64,000 bases of DNA, taken from the IMG/VR virus record IMGVR_UViG_3300004463_000262, positions 8,440-72,439 of that record. One strand, given 5' to 3'. The notes beneath the pieces were generated by a model, which was not told where the DNA came from, made no database searches, and was given only the letters and a program-made list of their open reading frames with translations. The stretch is from a virus. Position numbers and translations under genes: made by a program. Numbering within the stretch: the stretch's first letter is position 1; each line of letters opens with the position of its first letter. Shown piece by piece: positions 43,825 through 53,848 of this stretch.

Positions 43825-45868
43825 TAACTTTCAGAAGCTTGCTCTCCATCGAGCAAATACACCAAGATCAGTCTTAGTACAGACCAACCATGGTCATCTT
43901 GGTAGCTCGCTCTTTCGTGATGCAACGCAAGAAGACTTGATTCAGGACTTCTCGAATCGTCGTGCGTTGTCGAGACGTACAGCATCGATGGGTGGAGACG
44001 ATGTGTTTGCGGCTGTTCCTAGATTCTATAGTCCTATGGAATACTTCCAGGCGCAGAAGATCCCCTATAGAATCAACAATGATCAGGAACGATTCAAGCT
44101 TTATCAGTGGTTAGATCTGTTCTATCGAACACACTTCCTTATCCCTATTCTTGTGGATATCTTTACTCGATTCCCGCTTGTAGGTATTGAGTTAGACTGT
44201 CCTGATCCTGAGCTTAAGACTTTCTATGAAGATCTCTTCTTTGATCGCATGGATTACGAGCACTTCCTCGTTGATCTTGGTCGTGAATACTGGACGTTGG
44301 GTGAAGCATTCCCGCTTGGCCACTTCAATGAAACGTTAGGGATCTGGGAAGACGAAGAGCTAATCGACCCCACGATGGTAAAGGTACGTAGCTATCCGAT
44401 CATTGGTGGCGAGCAGTTCTTCTTTAGTGCTGAAGGAATGGAAACTCTGCGCACTATCGTGGAGAAGAAGGAGCCGCGAGAGATCTATTACTTGCTGGAA
44501 CGAGACTACCCAGAGTGGATGCCATTTCTGCGCAACAAGAAAGACATTCCTGTTAGTGATGTTTTGCTCAAGCAGGTAGCATTCAAGGTCAGTCCTCGCG
44601 ATCTGCACGGTACTCCTATCTTGCTTAGAGCACTACGTACTCTGCTCCACGAAGAAAAGCTAGTTGCATCGCAGGATGCTGTAGCTGAGCGACTTTATAA
44701 CCCTGCGATCCTAGTCCAAGTAGGTATTCAGGACATGGGTCAGAACAGAGGCCCATGGATTCCTACTCCCGCAGAGGTTCAAGATGTTCGAGATCAGTTT
44801 GATCTCATGCTTGCATCTGACTTCCGTCTGATGGTTCACCACTTTGGTATCCAGGTGCAGCAGATCTTTGGACGTGACCAGATGCCGAAACTTGATCAGG
44901 ACTTTGATCGTATCGAGCAGCGCTTGATGATGACGTTCGGTGTTAATCCTTCACTCTTACAGGCTGGCTCTGCAACGCAACCTTACGCATCCTCAGCCCT
45001 TCAGGCAGAGTTCCTGAACCAGATCCTTAGAACCTATCAGCGGTTCCTTATAAACCATTACAAGCAGCGAGCGATGATCGTGGCTGAAGCACAAGAGCAC
45101 TATGACTATGAGAAGCGTGGTGATTCTCGTGTACCGATCATGGAAGAGGTTCTAGAATACGACGATGATGGCAAAGAGGCAATCGTTGAGAAGAATAAAC
45201 TTCTCATCCCTGAGATGCGAATGAAGGTGTTAGACTTAAGAGATGAAGCCACACAACGACAGTTCTTGCAAGCGCTCAAACAGCAGGGGGTTCCAATTCC
45301 TGATCAGGACATTGCTATGGGAATGCATTACGATTTCGTTGAAGCTCTTGGCAAGTCCGAAGAAGAGATGATCCAGAAGACTGTTAGCCAACAGGAGGCT
45401 AAGGTCAAGACTTATGATATCCTTACGGCAAAGGGTCTGCCAATCCCGGCAGATTTGAAGCAGGAAGTAGAGGGTATGTCAGGATTCCAGCCACCCGCAC
45501 CGGGGACTCCGCTTAGCACGGGAGTAGATGTTCCGCAAGGTGGAGACATTGTGATGCCGCCGCCTCCTGGTGGAGGAACAGGCCCAATTAGTCCGTATGA
45601 TGCTACTCGTGGCTCAAGACCCGAGCAATCTGATGAAGGTAATCCAATCCCACCGCCCGGTCAGGTACCGACACAGCCCTCGATCCCTGGAGTTCCAGGA
45701 CAACCCGGTCTTCTTGGTATCCCAGGCGCACCTACGCCAGCAGTTTCATCCTCTGTGAAGAGATTGCCACGTAAGCAAGCACAAACATTCAGTGTTCCTG
45801 ATTTAACAAAAGACTTGACAGAACCGTCTGATGATGCTACTATAGATCCAGATGGAAAAACTGAGTAG
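43796..45868 (+). CDS. portal protein
   Basis: 690 aa after TerL; EYW.LGE.F, HGTPILLRA motifs; Pro-rich tail. Confidence 0.7.
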   Translation: MDLLKQGELDNFQKLALHRANTPRSVLVQTNHGHLGSSLFRDATQEDLIQDFSNRRALSRRTASMGGDDVFAAVPRFYSPMEYFQAQKIPYRINNDQERFKLYQWLDLFYRTHFLIPILVDIFTRFPLVGIELDCPDPELKTFYEDLFFDRMDYEHFLVDLGREYWTLGEAFPLGHFNETLGIWEDEELIDPTMVKVRSYPIIGGEQFFFSAEGMETLRTIVEKKEPREIYYLLERDYPEWMPFLRNKKDIPVSDVLLKQVAFKVSPRDLHGTPILLRALRTLLHEEKLVASQDAVAERLYNPAILVQVGIQDMGQNRGPWIPTPAEVQDVRDQFDLMLASDFRLMVHHFGIQVQQIFGRDQMPKLDQDFDRIEQRLMMTFGVNPSLLQAGSATQPYASSALQAEFLNQILRTYQRFLINHYKQRAMIVAEAQEHYDYEKRGDSRVPIMEEVLEYDDDGKEAIVEKNKLLIPEMRMKVLDLRDEATQRQFLQALKQQGVPIPDQDIAMGMHYDFVEALGKSEEEMIQKTVSQQEAKVKTYDILTAKGLPIPADLKQEVEGMSGFQPPAPGTPLSTGVDVPQGGDIVMPPPPGGGTGPISPYDATRGSRPEQSDEGNPIPPPGQVPTQPSIPGVPGQPGLLGIPGAPTPAVSSSVKRLPRKQAQTFSVPDLTKDLTEPSDDATIDPDGKTE

Positions 45869-46018
45869 TGGTTCTGCTCTGGCCTGTGGTCACGCCCAGG
45901 TCATATCTGAGCATAGAACCAAATTATCAAAAGAAGGATTAGAGCAACCGGCTGTGTGGTGCGTCGAATGTGACGGCTGGAGCCGTGTTGTACCTGAACA
46001 AACGGAGGACGCTAAATA

Positions 46019-47122
46019 GTGTATGATGACTCTGACGGTTTAACTCTGACCGAGGCCGCAGTTGAACTAGGAGTAAGCCGCAATTCACTAAAGAAGAGAT
46101 GCGACAGAAAGACAATCGAGTACTTCATTGATTCCAAGGGTGCTCGTCGTATTCCTCACCAAGTAGTTTCGGGGATCGGCGTACCGGATGCTAGAGCATT
46201 CAAGGGGTACAGCCTTGATCCCAAGTTCGATATTCCTAAGGCAGAACTGTGGGGCAACGGTAAGGCTCCAGTTATAGAACCTTCTACCACAAAACAGTGG
46301 GAGGTTGTTGTTGGGGTGAATGATATCCATGTACCCTACCATGATGACATTCTATTGAAAGCTGCATTAGAATTGGCCGCAGATGTCAGTCCTGATCGCT
46401 TTATCATCAACGGAGACACCAATGATTTCTTTGGTATCTCTCGTTACAATCGTGCTATGGAGAGGCTTGATCTACTTCAGACCGAGTTGGATCAGGGCAA
46501 GGCTGTGCGTCGTGCAATTCGTGACGCTGTGCCTGATGCTCAGATTGAAGAGACGTTGGGCAATCATGAGGAAAGGCTGCTAACCTATCCGGGCTTCAAT
46601 GCACCGGCTCTGCGCAGTCTTAACTCGCTTAAGCCGAACGTGTTGCTTGGTCTAGACGAGTTAGAGATTCGACACTGGCCCACGAATGGCTTTCGTCTTC
46701 GTGATGACTTTCTTGTCGAGCATGGTGCTACCATTCGCAGTCAGTCTGGAGCCACTGCTAAGGCTCGCCTTGATGCTACGTTGATCTCTGGTGTCATGGG
46801 ACACACTCATAGGATGGGTGAGTCTAGGCGTAGTGGGTATCGTGAGCTAGCTTGGTTTGAAACTGGCTGTCTTTGTAAGCTGAATCCAGATTACTTTCCG
46901 ACTGAGGCAAACTGGAAGCAGGGTATCTGGATTGGTACGTTTTCGACTCAGACTAACAACTGGAATGTCCAGTTGATTCCTGCTGTCGGTCGTGGATTCA
47001 TCTATGACGGTAAGCACTATGGTGATACTGCGACGGAGCTAGACATCTTCGTAGGGCCGTTGCCCAACTTTGAGGCAGACATTCCCTCGGATTATTCGAA
47101 GTACATCCTGGTCACGAGGTAG
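46019..47122 (+). CDS. HTH-fused calcineurin-like metallophosphoesterase
   Basis: N-terminal LTLTEAAVELGVS HTH; DIHVPYHD, NGD, GNHE, HG, GHTH. Confidence 0.85.
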   Translation: MYDDSDGLTLTEAAVELGVSRNSLKKRCDRKTIEYFIDSKGARRIPHQVVSGIGVPDARAFKGYSLDPKFDIPKAELWGNGKAPVIEPSTTKQWEVVVGVNDIHVPYHDDILLKAALELAADVSPDRFIINGDTNDFFGISRYNRAMERLDLLQTELDQGKAVRRAIRDAVPDAQIEETLGNHEERLLTYPGFNAPALRSLNSLKPNVLLGLDELEIRHWPTNGFRLRDDFLVEHGATIRSQSGATAKARLDATLISGVMGHTHRMGESRRSGYRELAWFETGCLCKLNPDYFPTEANWKQGIWIGTFSTQTNNWNVQLIPAVGRGFIYDGKHYGDTATELDIFVGPLPNFEADIPSDYSKYILVTR

Positions 47123-47156
47123 TTTTCGCGGCGCAGGGAAGTCTCTATGGTTGTCA
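47123..47156 (+). repeat. dispersed intergenic motif, copy 1 of 3
   Basis: ttttcgcggcgcagggaagtctctatggttgtca; related copies at 50866 and 51979. Confidence 0.65.
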
Positions 47157-47344
47157 GAATAGTAAACAGGAGTAGACGATAAGCGGACAAGAATACAACG
47201 AGTGGATGATCAAGCACGAATATCCTGCTCTAGGTGATAAGATGGTTGGAGAGATGGAAGCAGAAGGTATTGTATTTGAGCTACATGAAGAGAATGGGAT
47301 AGAATTCCCGCAAATAAATGCAGCCAATTGGAAGAGGGTGTCAA

Positions 47345-47518
47345 GTGAAGAAGAAGAATAAAGCCATGCAGATCGCTGTCTATGATCTCGGTGGTAATCC
47401 TCTATCTCAAGCAGCGATTGAAGAGATAGAGTTGGCTGTCGTTAAGACGATCAAGAAGCTAAAGACCGAGAACAATTCGAAGTATACAACGCTCGCTCAT
47501 ACGGTGGTGGTAGAGTGA
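47345..47518 (+). CDS. hypothetical protein
   Basis: GTG after GAGGG; start uncertain. Confidence 0.45.
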   Translation: MKKKNKAMQIAVYDLGGNPLSQAAIEEIELAVVKTIKKLKTENNSKYTTLAHTVVVE

Positions 47519-47706
47519 TTTTTAAAAGCAAAAGAGATAAGCCGATATACGAACAAGAGGTAGTTATTCTCTCTAAATTATGTAATGCTGTTGGAATTCT
47601 TGCACAGAACGGTGATCATCCAGAAGCAAGAAAGAAAGCCAATCGATTGGCTAACGAAGCGATGGATATTTTGGATACATTGAGATCACCTTGGAGGAAT
47701 TTGTGA
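47515..47706 (+). CDS. hypothetical protein
   Basis: GTGA overlap. Confidence 0.5.
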   Translation: MIFKSKRDKPIYEQEVVILSKLCNAVGILAQNGDHPEARKKANRLANEAMDILDTLRSPWRNL

Positions 47707-48116
47707 CCAAGTTGGATTTCGGACGTGAGATCCGTCTAACTGATGAGAACACAGGTGGACAGAAGGGAAGCAAGCTAGCAAGACTTAGCCTCATCCCTAT
47801 CTATGCACAAGTAGAAGAGGCAAAAGTGTATGGCATGGGTGCTGAAAAGTATGCCCCGCATAATTGGCGCAGAGGCTATCCGTGGTCATGGTCTTATGAT
47901 GCTATGCAAAGGCATCTTGTTCAGTTCTGGGCTGGCGAGGATCGAGATGAAGAAAGTGGACTTCCTCATTTGGCTCATGCTCGATGGCACACCGGGGTGC
48001 TACTAGAAATGTGGCACTATAGTTTAGGGACTGATGATCGGTTTATTCATGAGGCAATCAAGGCAAGTACTAAACTGAAGTCGCCTCCGAAGAATCTGTC
48101 CAATAGGGGTGGATAA
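47691..48116 (+). CDS. dATP/dGTP diphosphohydrolase-domain protein
   Basis: GGQKGSK..R.SLIP, GAEKYAPHNWRRG, RH…GEDRDEESGLPHLAHA. Confidence 0.85.
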   Translation: MEEFVTKLDFGREIRLTDENTGGQKGSKLARLSLIPIYAQVEEAKVYGMGAEKYAPHNWRRGYPWSWSYDAMQRHLVQFWAGEDRDEESGLPHLAHARWHTGVLLEMWHYSLGTDDRFIHEAIKASTKLKSPPKNLSNRGG

Positions 48117-48324
48117 AGTGGGAAATGCCGATCTATTAAGAGAATTAACTAAGGTTCATGACACTTTACTAAAGGTGCAGGCACATCTATATCATAAGGA
48201 TGCTATGAATGCGAATTTGCATATGTCAGACAAGGTGTTGTCCACTCCCCTGTATTCAGCAGTGGAAAAAGCACTAGAGACAACCAAGTCTCTTATGGGG
48301 ACTCTGATGTTGGAGGAAGATTAA
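48109..48324 (+). CDS. hypothetical protein
   Basis: Overlapping operon ORF. Confidence 0.5.
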   Translation: MDKVGNADLLRELTKVHDTLLKVQAHLYHKDAMNANLHMSDKVLSTPLYSAVEKALETTKSLMGTLMLEED

Positions 48325-48326
48325 GA

Positions 48327-48968
48327 ATGTTAATCCAAGTGGACGTTGACAGCACACTTTATGATGCTGATGCCCTCTTTGATGAGCTAGCAAGGGAGAA
48401 TGACATCGAGTGGCCGAGGCGAGCTAAGAGTTGGCTTCCTGCGTATGAGATAAAGCGCTTCGATGGTACTCCCTGCACTGTAGAGGATCTGAAGAAGGTC
48501 TTTCGCATTGCTCATTCTCGCGAATGGGTCATGCAGAATAAGCCCTACCCTCATTCAGTCAAGGTTCTTCAGGGCATCGTGAATGACTACCCGGAAGCAG
48601 AGATCGCGTATGTTTCCGACCGTAACGAACAACAGACAGGCTCACTACGTGAATGGCTTGATGAGAAGGGATTTCTTTTCAGCGATGACACTCACGTGGC
48701 AGCCACTAAGGACAAGCGTCATTGGATGCGTGAACGTCGTCCCGAGGTAGTGATTGATGATCGTGTTCGTACTATGTTGATGGCCCGTTACGAGCTAGGC
48801 TCGTATGTCGTCAGTCTGGAGCACAATCACAACACTAACCTGAGGAACGAGGTTGAACACATCTATATCATGAAGGATTGGAAGGGCATTGATGAAGTAT
48901 TGCGAGAAACAATCCTTCCTAAGTTACAGCAGAAAGCTGTGACTAGAGAAAAAGAACTATCATACTAG
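48327..48968 (+). CDS. HAD-family 5'(3')-nucleotidase-like protein
   Basis: VDVDSTL, YVSDR, VIDD. Confidence 0.75.
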   Translation: MLIQVDVDSTLYDADALFDELARENDIEWPRRAKSWLPAYEIKRFDGTPCTVEDLKKVFRIAHSREWVMQNKPYPHSVKVLQGIVNDYPEAEIAYVSDRNEQQTGSLREWLDEKGFLFSDDTHVAATKDKRHWMRERRPEVVIDDRVRTMLMARYELGSYVVSLEHNHNTNLRNEVEHIYIMKDWKGIDEVLRETILPKLQQKAVTREKELSY

Positions 48969-48974
48969 GAGACA

Positions 48975-49247
48975 ATGGAAGAGAATAACGATCTAAACGT
49001 AGAGCAGGATGAGCAGGACGGACAGCGTATTCCACGAGTACAGCTAAGTCCTCATCCGCTTGGTGGGTTGTCGGTAATCGTGCGTGACCCACAGGGGCAG
49101 ACTCTAGCTACTAGGATTGACTTGCCCGAGGCAACAATTCTCTACTCTCATCTAGGAGCGCTGATTACCATGGCGTTCAATGAGATGTATGTGCAGGCTG
49201 CTCAAGCATCAAATCAAAGTAAGGTTGTAGTACCAGGGAGGAATTAA
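48975..49247 (+). CDS. hypothetical protein
   Basis: AGGAG RBS. Confidence 0.6.
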   Translation: MEENNDLNVEQDEQDGQRIPRVQLSPHPLGGLSVIVRDPQGQTLATRIDLPEATILYSHLGALITMAFNEMYVQAAQASNQSKVVVPGRN

Positions 49248-49540
49248 TGCCAGAGACACTAACACTAGCTGAATTGGATAAACGTGTAAAACGTCTGGAA
49301 GAACGTTATCCGGGCATCACTGTTGAACAGATGTATACGTTCTACACTGATCGTGCCATTGGCACGAAGGAGTTCCGCAATTTCCTTGCCAAGCACGATC
49401 CTATATTTGCTGAGGTACGTGATACCAGTGTGGACGATGAGATTGATGAAAATGCTCGTCGTATTCAGCGAGAACGAGAGGCGCAGGCAAGTGGGCTTAG
49501 TATGATCGGCAAGGATGGGCAGGTTGTCAACCCCGAGTAA
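49247..49540 (+). CDS. hypothetical protein
   Basis: GGAGG RBS, TAATG overlap. Confidence 0.6.
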   Translation: MPETLTLAELDKRVKRLEERYPGITVEQMYTFYTDRAIGTKEFRNFLAKHDPIFAEVRDTSVDDEIDENARRIQREREAQASGLSMIGKDGQVVNPE

Positions 49541-49578
49541 GGGTTGCGCTAACCTGCTAAGTCTGCTATCATAGACCT

Positions 49579-49821
49579 ATGGCTTATGCTAGCGAAGCAA
49601 TCCTAGAGAAGATCCTGGAACTATCTGCTGACGTGGAAGCATTAAGTGTGCAGGTAGCTAACCAGGATAAGGTCATCACTGGTATGAAGCATTACCTCAA
49701 GGTGGCTGCTGACTATCGCAATGATGATCCTGCTCAAGTATTGGGTGCGATTCAGGCTGCGCTTGGTGAAGCCGCAAAGTATGAAAAGACCAGAAGGGTT
49801 AAGCGAAAAAAGAGGAAGTAG
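49579..49821 (+). CDS. hypothetical protein, leaderless
   Basis: TTGCGC-17-TATCAT then ATG 6 nt later. Confidence 0.6.
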   Translation: MAYASEAILEKILELSADVEALSVQVANQDKVITGMKHYLKVAADYRNDDPAQVLGAIQAALGEAAKYEKTRRVKRKKRK

Positions 49822-49823
49822 AT

Positions 49824-50555
49824 TTGAGCTTATTTAATCGAGGGCCAGAGAATGAATCTAATCTGGTGACCTACTACTTGGGAGAGGATGATCTTCATCC
49901 CAAGATTCAAGGGGCATTCGAGTGGTTCAAAGAGGATGTCCTTCCATTTTTCCATAACGATTGTCAGGATAAGATCATGCTTGCTGGTGGAGCATTGCGA
50001 TCCCTGTTTACTGATACATCGATCAGAGATTACGATGTTTATGCTGACATAAACACCATAGAAAAACTTAGTGACAATCATTATGCCGTGTTGGCAAGCA
50101 AACATGGCGGCTGGACTCGTATTTCTAACACAGCACGATCTTATACTTATAAGAGGATGTTTTTCAATCCTCTGGAACAGAAGATTGATCATTCTCTGGT
50201 CAACTTCATCAAGACTCCATACGTGACGCCACAGTCTGTAATTGAGACGTTCGATTTCACTGTTTGCATGTGTGCTATCACAAAGGATCAGATCACCTAT
50301 CATCCAGACTACTTCGTAGATCTGGCAACACGTGTCTTGCGTGTCAATAGTTTGGAAGATCCTTTGAGTACTCTTTGGCGTGTACAGAAGTACAACAAGT
50401 TGGGGTACACAATGTCACAAGAAGAGATGTGGAAGACCGTCGAGGCCGTGCATGATCTGGGCACACTGCCAAGGATTGTAGATGAGGGTGAGAAGACCAA
50501 GGCATCTTTGAAAGAGAACGTAATGACTTTGGAGGAAGTCTTTAGATCATCATGA
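49824..50555 (+). CDS. class II nucleotidyltransferase-like protein (CCA/poly(A) polymerase head)
   Basis: LAGGALRSL…DYDVY, FDFTVC, R..KY..LGY. Confidence 0.7.
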   Translation: MSLFNRGPENESNLVTYYLGEDDLHPKIQGAFEWFKEDVLPFFHNDCQDKIMLAGGALRSLFTDTSIRDYDVYADINTIEKLSDNHYAVLASKHGGWTRISNTARSYTYKRMFFNPLEQKIDHSLVNFIKTPYVTPQSVIETFDFTVCMCAITKDQITYHPDYFVDLATRVLRVNSLEDPLSTLWRVQKYNKLGYTMSQEEMWKTVEAVHDLGTLPRIVDEGEKTKASLKENVMTLEEVFRSS

Positions 50556-50854
50556 CACAAGGAGAGACAATTGAGAGCATGCGCTATGAGTTAGGGCGCG
50601 ACTCTGCCCAGAAGGGAGAGCCACTCCATGAGGGAGCATCGGAAGAGTTCTATCATGGTTACACCGATGTGAAAAAGAGCGCTTGGTCTGGCTCTTCTAA
50701 CGTCATGCCGAGAACATTTGCCAGGGGAGGTAGTCAGCCCGAGGAATGGGTGTGTTTATGCGGTCATCATAATCCACGTTACGTTCAAAAGAACTGTTGG
50801 AAATGCGGAGTGGCTAAAGTCGTTGTCGAAGAAGCAAAAAGGACACACGGCTAG
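50552..50854 (+). CDS. RMF-like motif plus zinc-ribbon protein
   Basis: YELGRDSAQKG…EFYHGYTD; W.C.CGH.N…CWKC. Confidence 0.55.
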   Translation: MTQGETIESMRYELGRDSAQKGEPLHEGASEEFYHGYTDVKKSAWSGSSNVMPRTFARGGSQPEEWVCLCGHHNPRYVQKNCWKCGVAKVVVEEAKRTHG

Positions 50855-50924
50855 ATGGTAGGGGCTTTCTCGCGGCAGCGAAGGGGTCTAATGGTTGTCA
50901 AAAGAGCAAACACAGGGAGATAGT

Positions 50925-51974
50925 ATGTCAGTTACAGTAGATTTCATTCATGAACTTCATGGTTCCGGTGATTGGACTTATGCCTCCTTTATAAAGGCGA
51001 TAGAGACTGCACAGTATCCTGTCATTAGAGCCTTTACATGGGACTGTCGTGAGTTCAAGAACATCGAGGATGCTCAGTTCTATTTCAAGGGAAGCATGGC
51101 ACGTGAAACTGTTCTTCATAATCATCAGGATGGTGTCTTCCACCTTCGTAGAGATCATGGGGAAGTTTCTGTAGTCGTAGCTGCACACTCTCATAAGCGG
51201 TGTCAGGAGCTACACGATAAGGCTAGGGAATTTGCTCCTGAGTATCAGAATTCATCAGAGAGAGAAGTATCTGTTACCTTTTGGTCTATGTCTGCCAATG
51301 GCCCGATGTCTGTGACTCGTTCTTTGGATGTACCAAGTTGGGATGAGATCAAGATCAACTATACGGGCGATGTCAAGGAAGAACTAGACGAACTGATCAA
51401 TTCAGAGTGGCGTCCTACGAGTGGAGGTCAGTTGATTCTTTGGCATGGTGTCCCTGGTACGGGCAAGACCACTGCGCTTAGAGGATTGGCTCGCGAATGG
51501 AACAATTGGTGCGATATCCATTACATTGCAGATCCCGAAGTGTTCTTCGGAGATCGCGCTGATTACATGCTCAATGTGATGCTCGATAGGTATGACACCG
51601 AAGATAATCGGTGGCGCCTCTTGATCTTGGAAGATTGTGGCGAACTGATTGGAGCCGATGCAAAATTGAAGTCAGGCCAGGGGCTATCTCGGTTGCTTAA
51701 CTCTGTTGATGGACTGATTGGCCAGGGATTGAAATTCATGGTCTTGATTACTACCAACGAAGAACTTGGCAAGCTGCACCCTGCTGTTACACGTCCCGGT
51801 CGTTGTCTGGCTCAGGTAGAGTTTCGTCCTCTGGATCATGATGAAGTGATCCAATGGCTCAAGGCCCACAAGGTAGAGTACGATGCTACCGGTGGTTTGA
51901 CCATTGCTGAGTTATATGCACGAAGATACAACTTCACTAACAAGGGTAAAACCAAGGTCGTAGGATTCGGTTAG
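50925..51974 (+). CDS. AAA+ ATPase
   Basis: HGVPGTGKT, LILED, LLNSVDG, TTN, RPGR, C-terminal VGFG. Confidence 0.88.
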   Translation: MSVTVDFIHELHGSGDWTYASFIKAIETAQYPVIRAFTWDCREFKNIEDAQFYFKGSMARETVLHNHQDGVFHLRRDHGEVSVVVAAHSHKRCQELHDKAREFAPEYQNSSEREVSVTFWSMSANGPMSVTRSLDVPSWDEIKINYTGDVKEELDELINSEWRPTSGGQLILWHGVPGTGKTTALRGLAREWNNWCDIHYIADPEVFFGDRADYMLNVMLDRYDTEDNRWRLLILEDCGELIGADAKLKSGQGLSRLLNSVDGLIGQGLKFMVLITTNEELGKLHPAVTRPGRCLAQVEFRPLDHDEVIQWLKAHKVEYDATGGLTIAELYARRYNFTNKGKTKVVGFG

Positions 51975-52002
51975 GCCGTTTTCGGCGGCGCGGAGGGTTC
52001 CA

Positions 52003-52230
52003 ATGGTTGTCAGTTTAGCTAACATGTCTAGAGAGGGTTTAAGCATAGAAAGGATGCTAGAACAATTGGAGTATAGATTGGGATCTCTTGAACATGTGTA
52101 TTGCGCAGGGTATTGGTGCGCATATAATAGTCGGGCGTTTAGGCTTAGCTCTCACTTGCCCGATCTTCATCAGAAGATATGGAAACAAGGATACGCCGAT
52201 GGCGAGGGAGATATGCAAAATGTTTGTTAG
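52003..52230 (+). CDS. RMF-like motif protein
   Basis: YCAGYWCA…IWKQGYADGEGD; start uncertain. Confidence 0.55.
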   Translation: MVVSLANMSREGLSIERMLEQLEYRLGSLEHVYCAGYWCAYNSRAFRLSSHLPDLHQKIWKQGYADGEGDMQNVC

Positions 52231-53179
52231 GCCCATAGCGTTAAGTTTCGATGATGTGCTCTTAGTGCCAAAACGCGGGATTCTCGAAAAACGTGCAGAT
52301 GCCGATATTGGCTCAGAAGTCGTTTCTGGCCTAAAGGTCGAAATTCCGATAATCAGCGCTCCGATGCAAAGCGTTACAGAACGCGAAATGGCGCGAGCTA
52401 TGAATTATGCCGGGGCGTTTGGCATAATTCATCGATTCCTCGATATTGATCAACAGGTTAAGGAGTATCTGGCCGGTTATCCTGCTGGGGCTGCTATCGG
52501 GATCAATGAAGGGTACGAAAGATGGGAAAAACTACTAGATGTCGGCTGCAACGTCATATGTCTCGATGTTGCGCATGCACATCACGATTCTATTGAAACT
52601 TTCATTAGAAATGCGGGCACAGACCTTGTTTCGAGCACTCAACTGATCGTCGGAAACGTGGCTACGGGAGAGGGTGCTCAGTTTCTCGCAGATTTGGGTG
52701 TAGCGGCTGTGAAGGTCGGGATTGGCCCAGGAGCAGCTTGTACCACTCGTGAAGTTACTGGATTTGGTTTTCCACAGCTTCAGGCTATCAGTGAGGTATC
52801 TAATGCTATTTACGATTGGGGTGTAAAGATCATTGCTGATGGAGGTATTCGTAACTCTGGCGATATCGTCAAGGCTCTAGCTGCGGGGGCAGATACAGTC
52901 ATGATCGGTCGTCTCTTTGCGGGAGCCGATGAATCACCCCATCCAGGGATGTATTGGGGGATGGCTTCACATCGAGTGAATGGCCATCATGCCCCAGAAG
53001 GGATAGAAGCCATAGTAGAGCGCACAGGGCCAATTAAGGATACGCTCAAGTCGTTGGCATGGGGGATTCGTAGTGGAATCTCTTATGCGGGCGCTAAGGA
53101 TCTTGAAGGATTGCGTGAGAATGCAGAATTTGTCATGATAAGTGGTTTGGCATTCGAAGAGAACAAGACTAGAGTATGA
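52220..53179 (+). CDS. IMP dehydrogenase/GMP reductase family protein (no CBS domains)
   Basis: [42 protein letters not shown]. Confidence 0.9.
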   Translation: MFVRPIALSFDDVLLVPKRGILEKRADADIGSEVVSGLKVEIPIISAPMQSVTEREMARAMNYAGAFGIIHRFLDIDQQVKEYLAGYPAGAAIGINEGYERWEKLLDVGCNVICLDVAHAHHDSIETFIRNAGTDLVSSTQLIVGNVATGEGAQFLADLGVAAVKVGIGPGAACTTREVTGFGFPQLQAISEVSNAIYDWGVKIIADGGIRNSGDIVKALAAGADTVMIGRLFAGADESPHPGMYWGMASHRVNGHHAPEGIEAIVERTGPIKDTLKSLAWGIRSGISYAGAKDLEGLRENAEFVMISGLAFEENKTRV

Positions 53180-53433
53180 CAGATGTAATGGATGAAGTGC
53201 GTCTTATGCGGGAAATTGCAGAGAATCTTAGACATGAGCTAATACAGGTCAAGTCTGAGTTACAGATTGTCAGGCGAGATATTGCTGGTATTTTCGGGGA
53301 GCTAGAGGATCTCCACAAGCAAATGACTGAGCAACGCAATTCTATGGATGACAAGTTTGGTGCATTTACGGAAAGGATAGATCAAGTGGAATTCAACATC
53401 GAGGATATAGAGTATGATCAAACAGCCAGATAA
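53176..53433 (+). CDS. coiled-coil hypothetical protein
   Basis: ATGA overlap. Confidence 0.55.
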   Translation: MTDVMDEVRLMREIAENLRHELIQVKSELQIVRRDIAGIFGELEDLHKQMTEQRNSMDDKFGAFTERIDQVEFNIEDIEYDQTAR

Positions 53434-53848
53434 AATGATGCGTAGTTTAGATGACCCAATCCTTGGAAGAGTTGTAGACGGTGCTATTGATCATATTGAG
53501 GCATTAGAGGATCAAGTTCAGGCTCTTCGAGAGCGTAATGAATCCTTGGAGGAAGAGATCCAGTACGCCAATTTGCGTGTATCTGAGATGGAAGAGAAGG
53601 TACAAGGGTTGGTAAACGATAAAGCCAACAATGATGATGAAGAGTATTGGCAACAAATTCAGAAAGCTTTGAATGATCTAACGGATTTGAATGATCGAGC
53701 GGCAACAAGTGAACCCTGGGTAAACGATAAAGCTCCCTGGATTCCCTCTCAACAAGAGATGGATATGTTTACTGAAGAAAATGATGTAGAGAAAACTGAA
53801 GAGAAGCCGGAAGGATTGTGGCGAAATGCGGCGAGGCGGTTGTGGTAG
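53414..53848 (+). CDS. coiled-coil hypothetical protein
   Basis: Acidic heptads. Confidence 0.55.
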   Translation: MIKQPDKMMRSLDDPILGRVVDGAIDHIEALEDQVQALRERNESLEEEIQYANLRVSEMEEKVQGLVNDKANNDDEEYWQQIQKALNDLTDLNDRAATSEPWVNDKAPWIPSQQEMDMFTEENDVEKTEEKPEGLWRNAARRLW

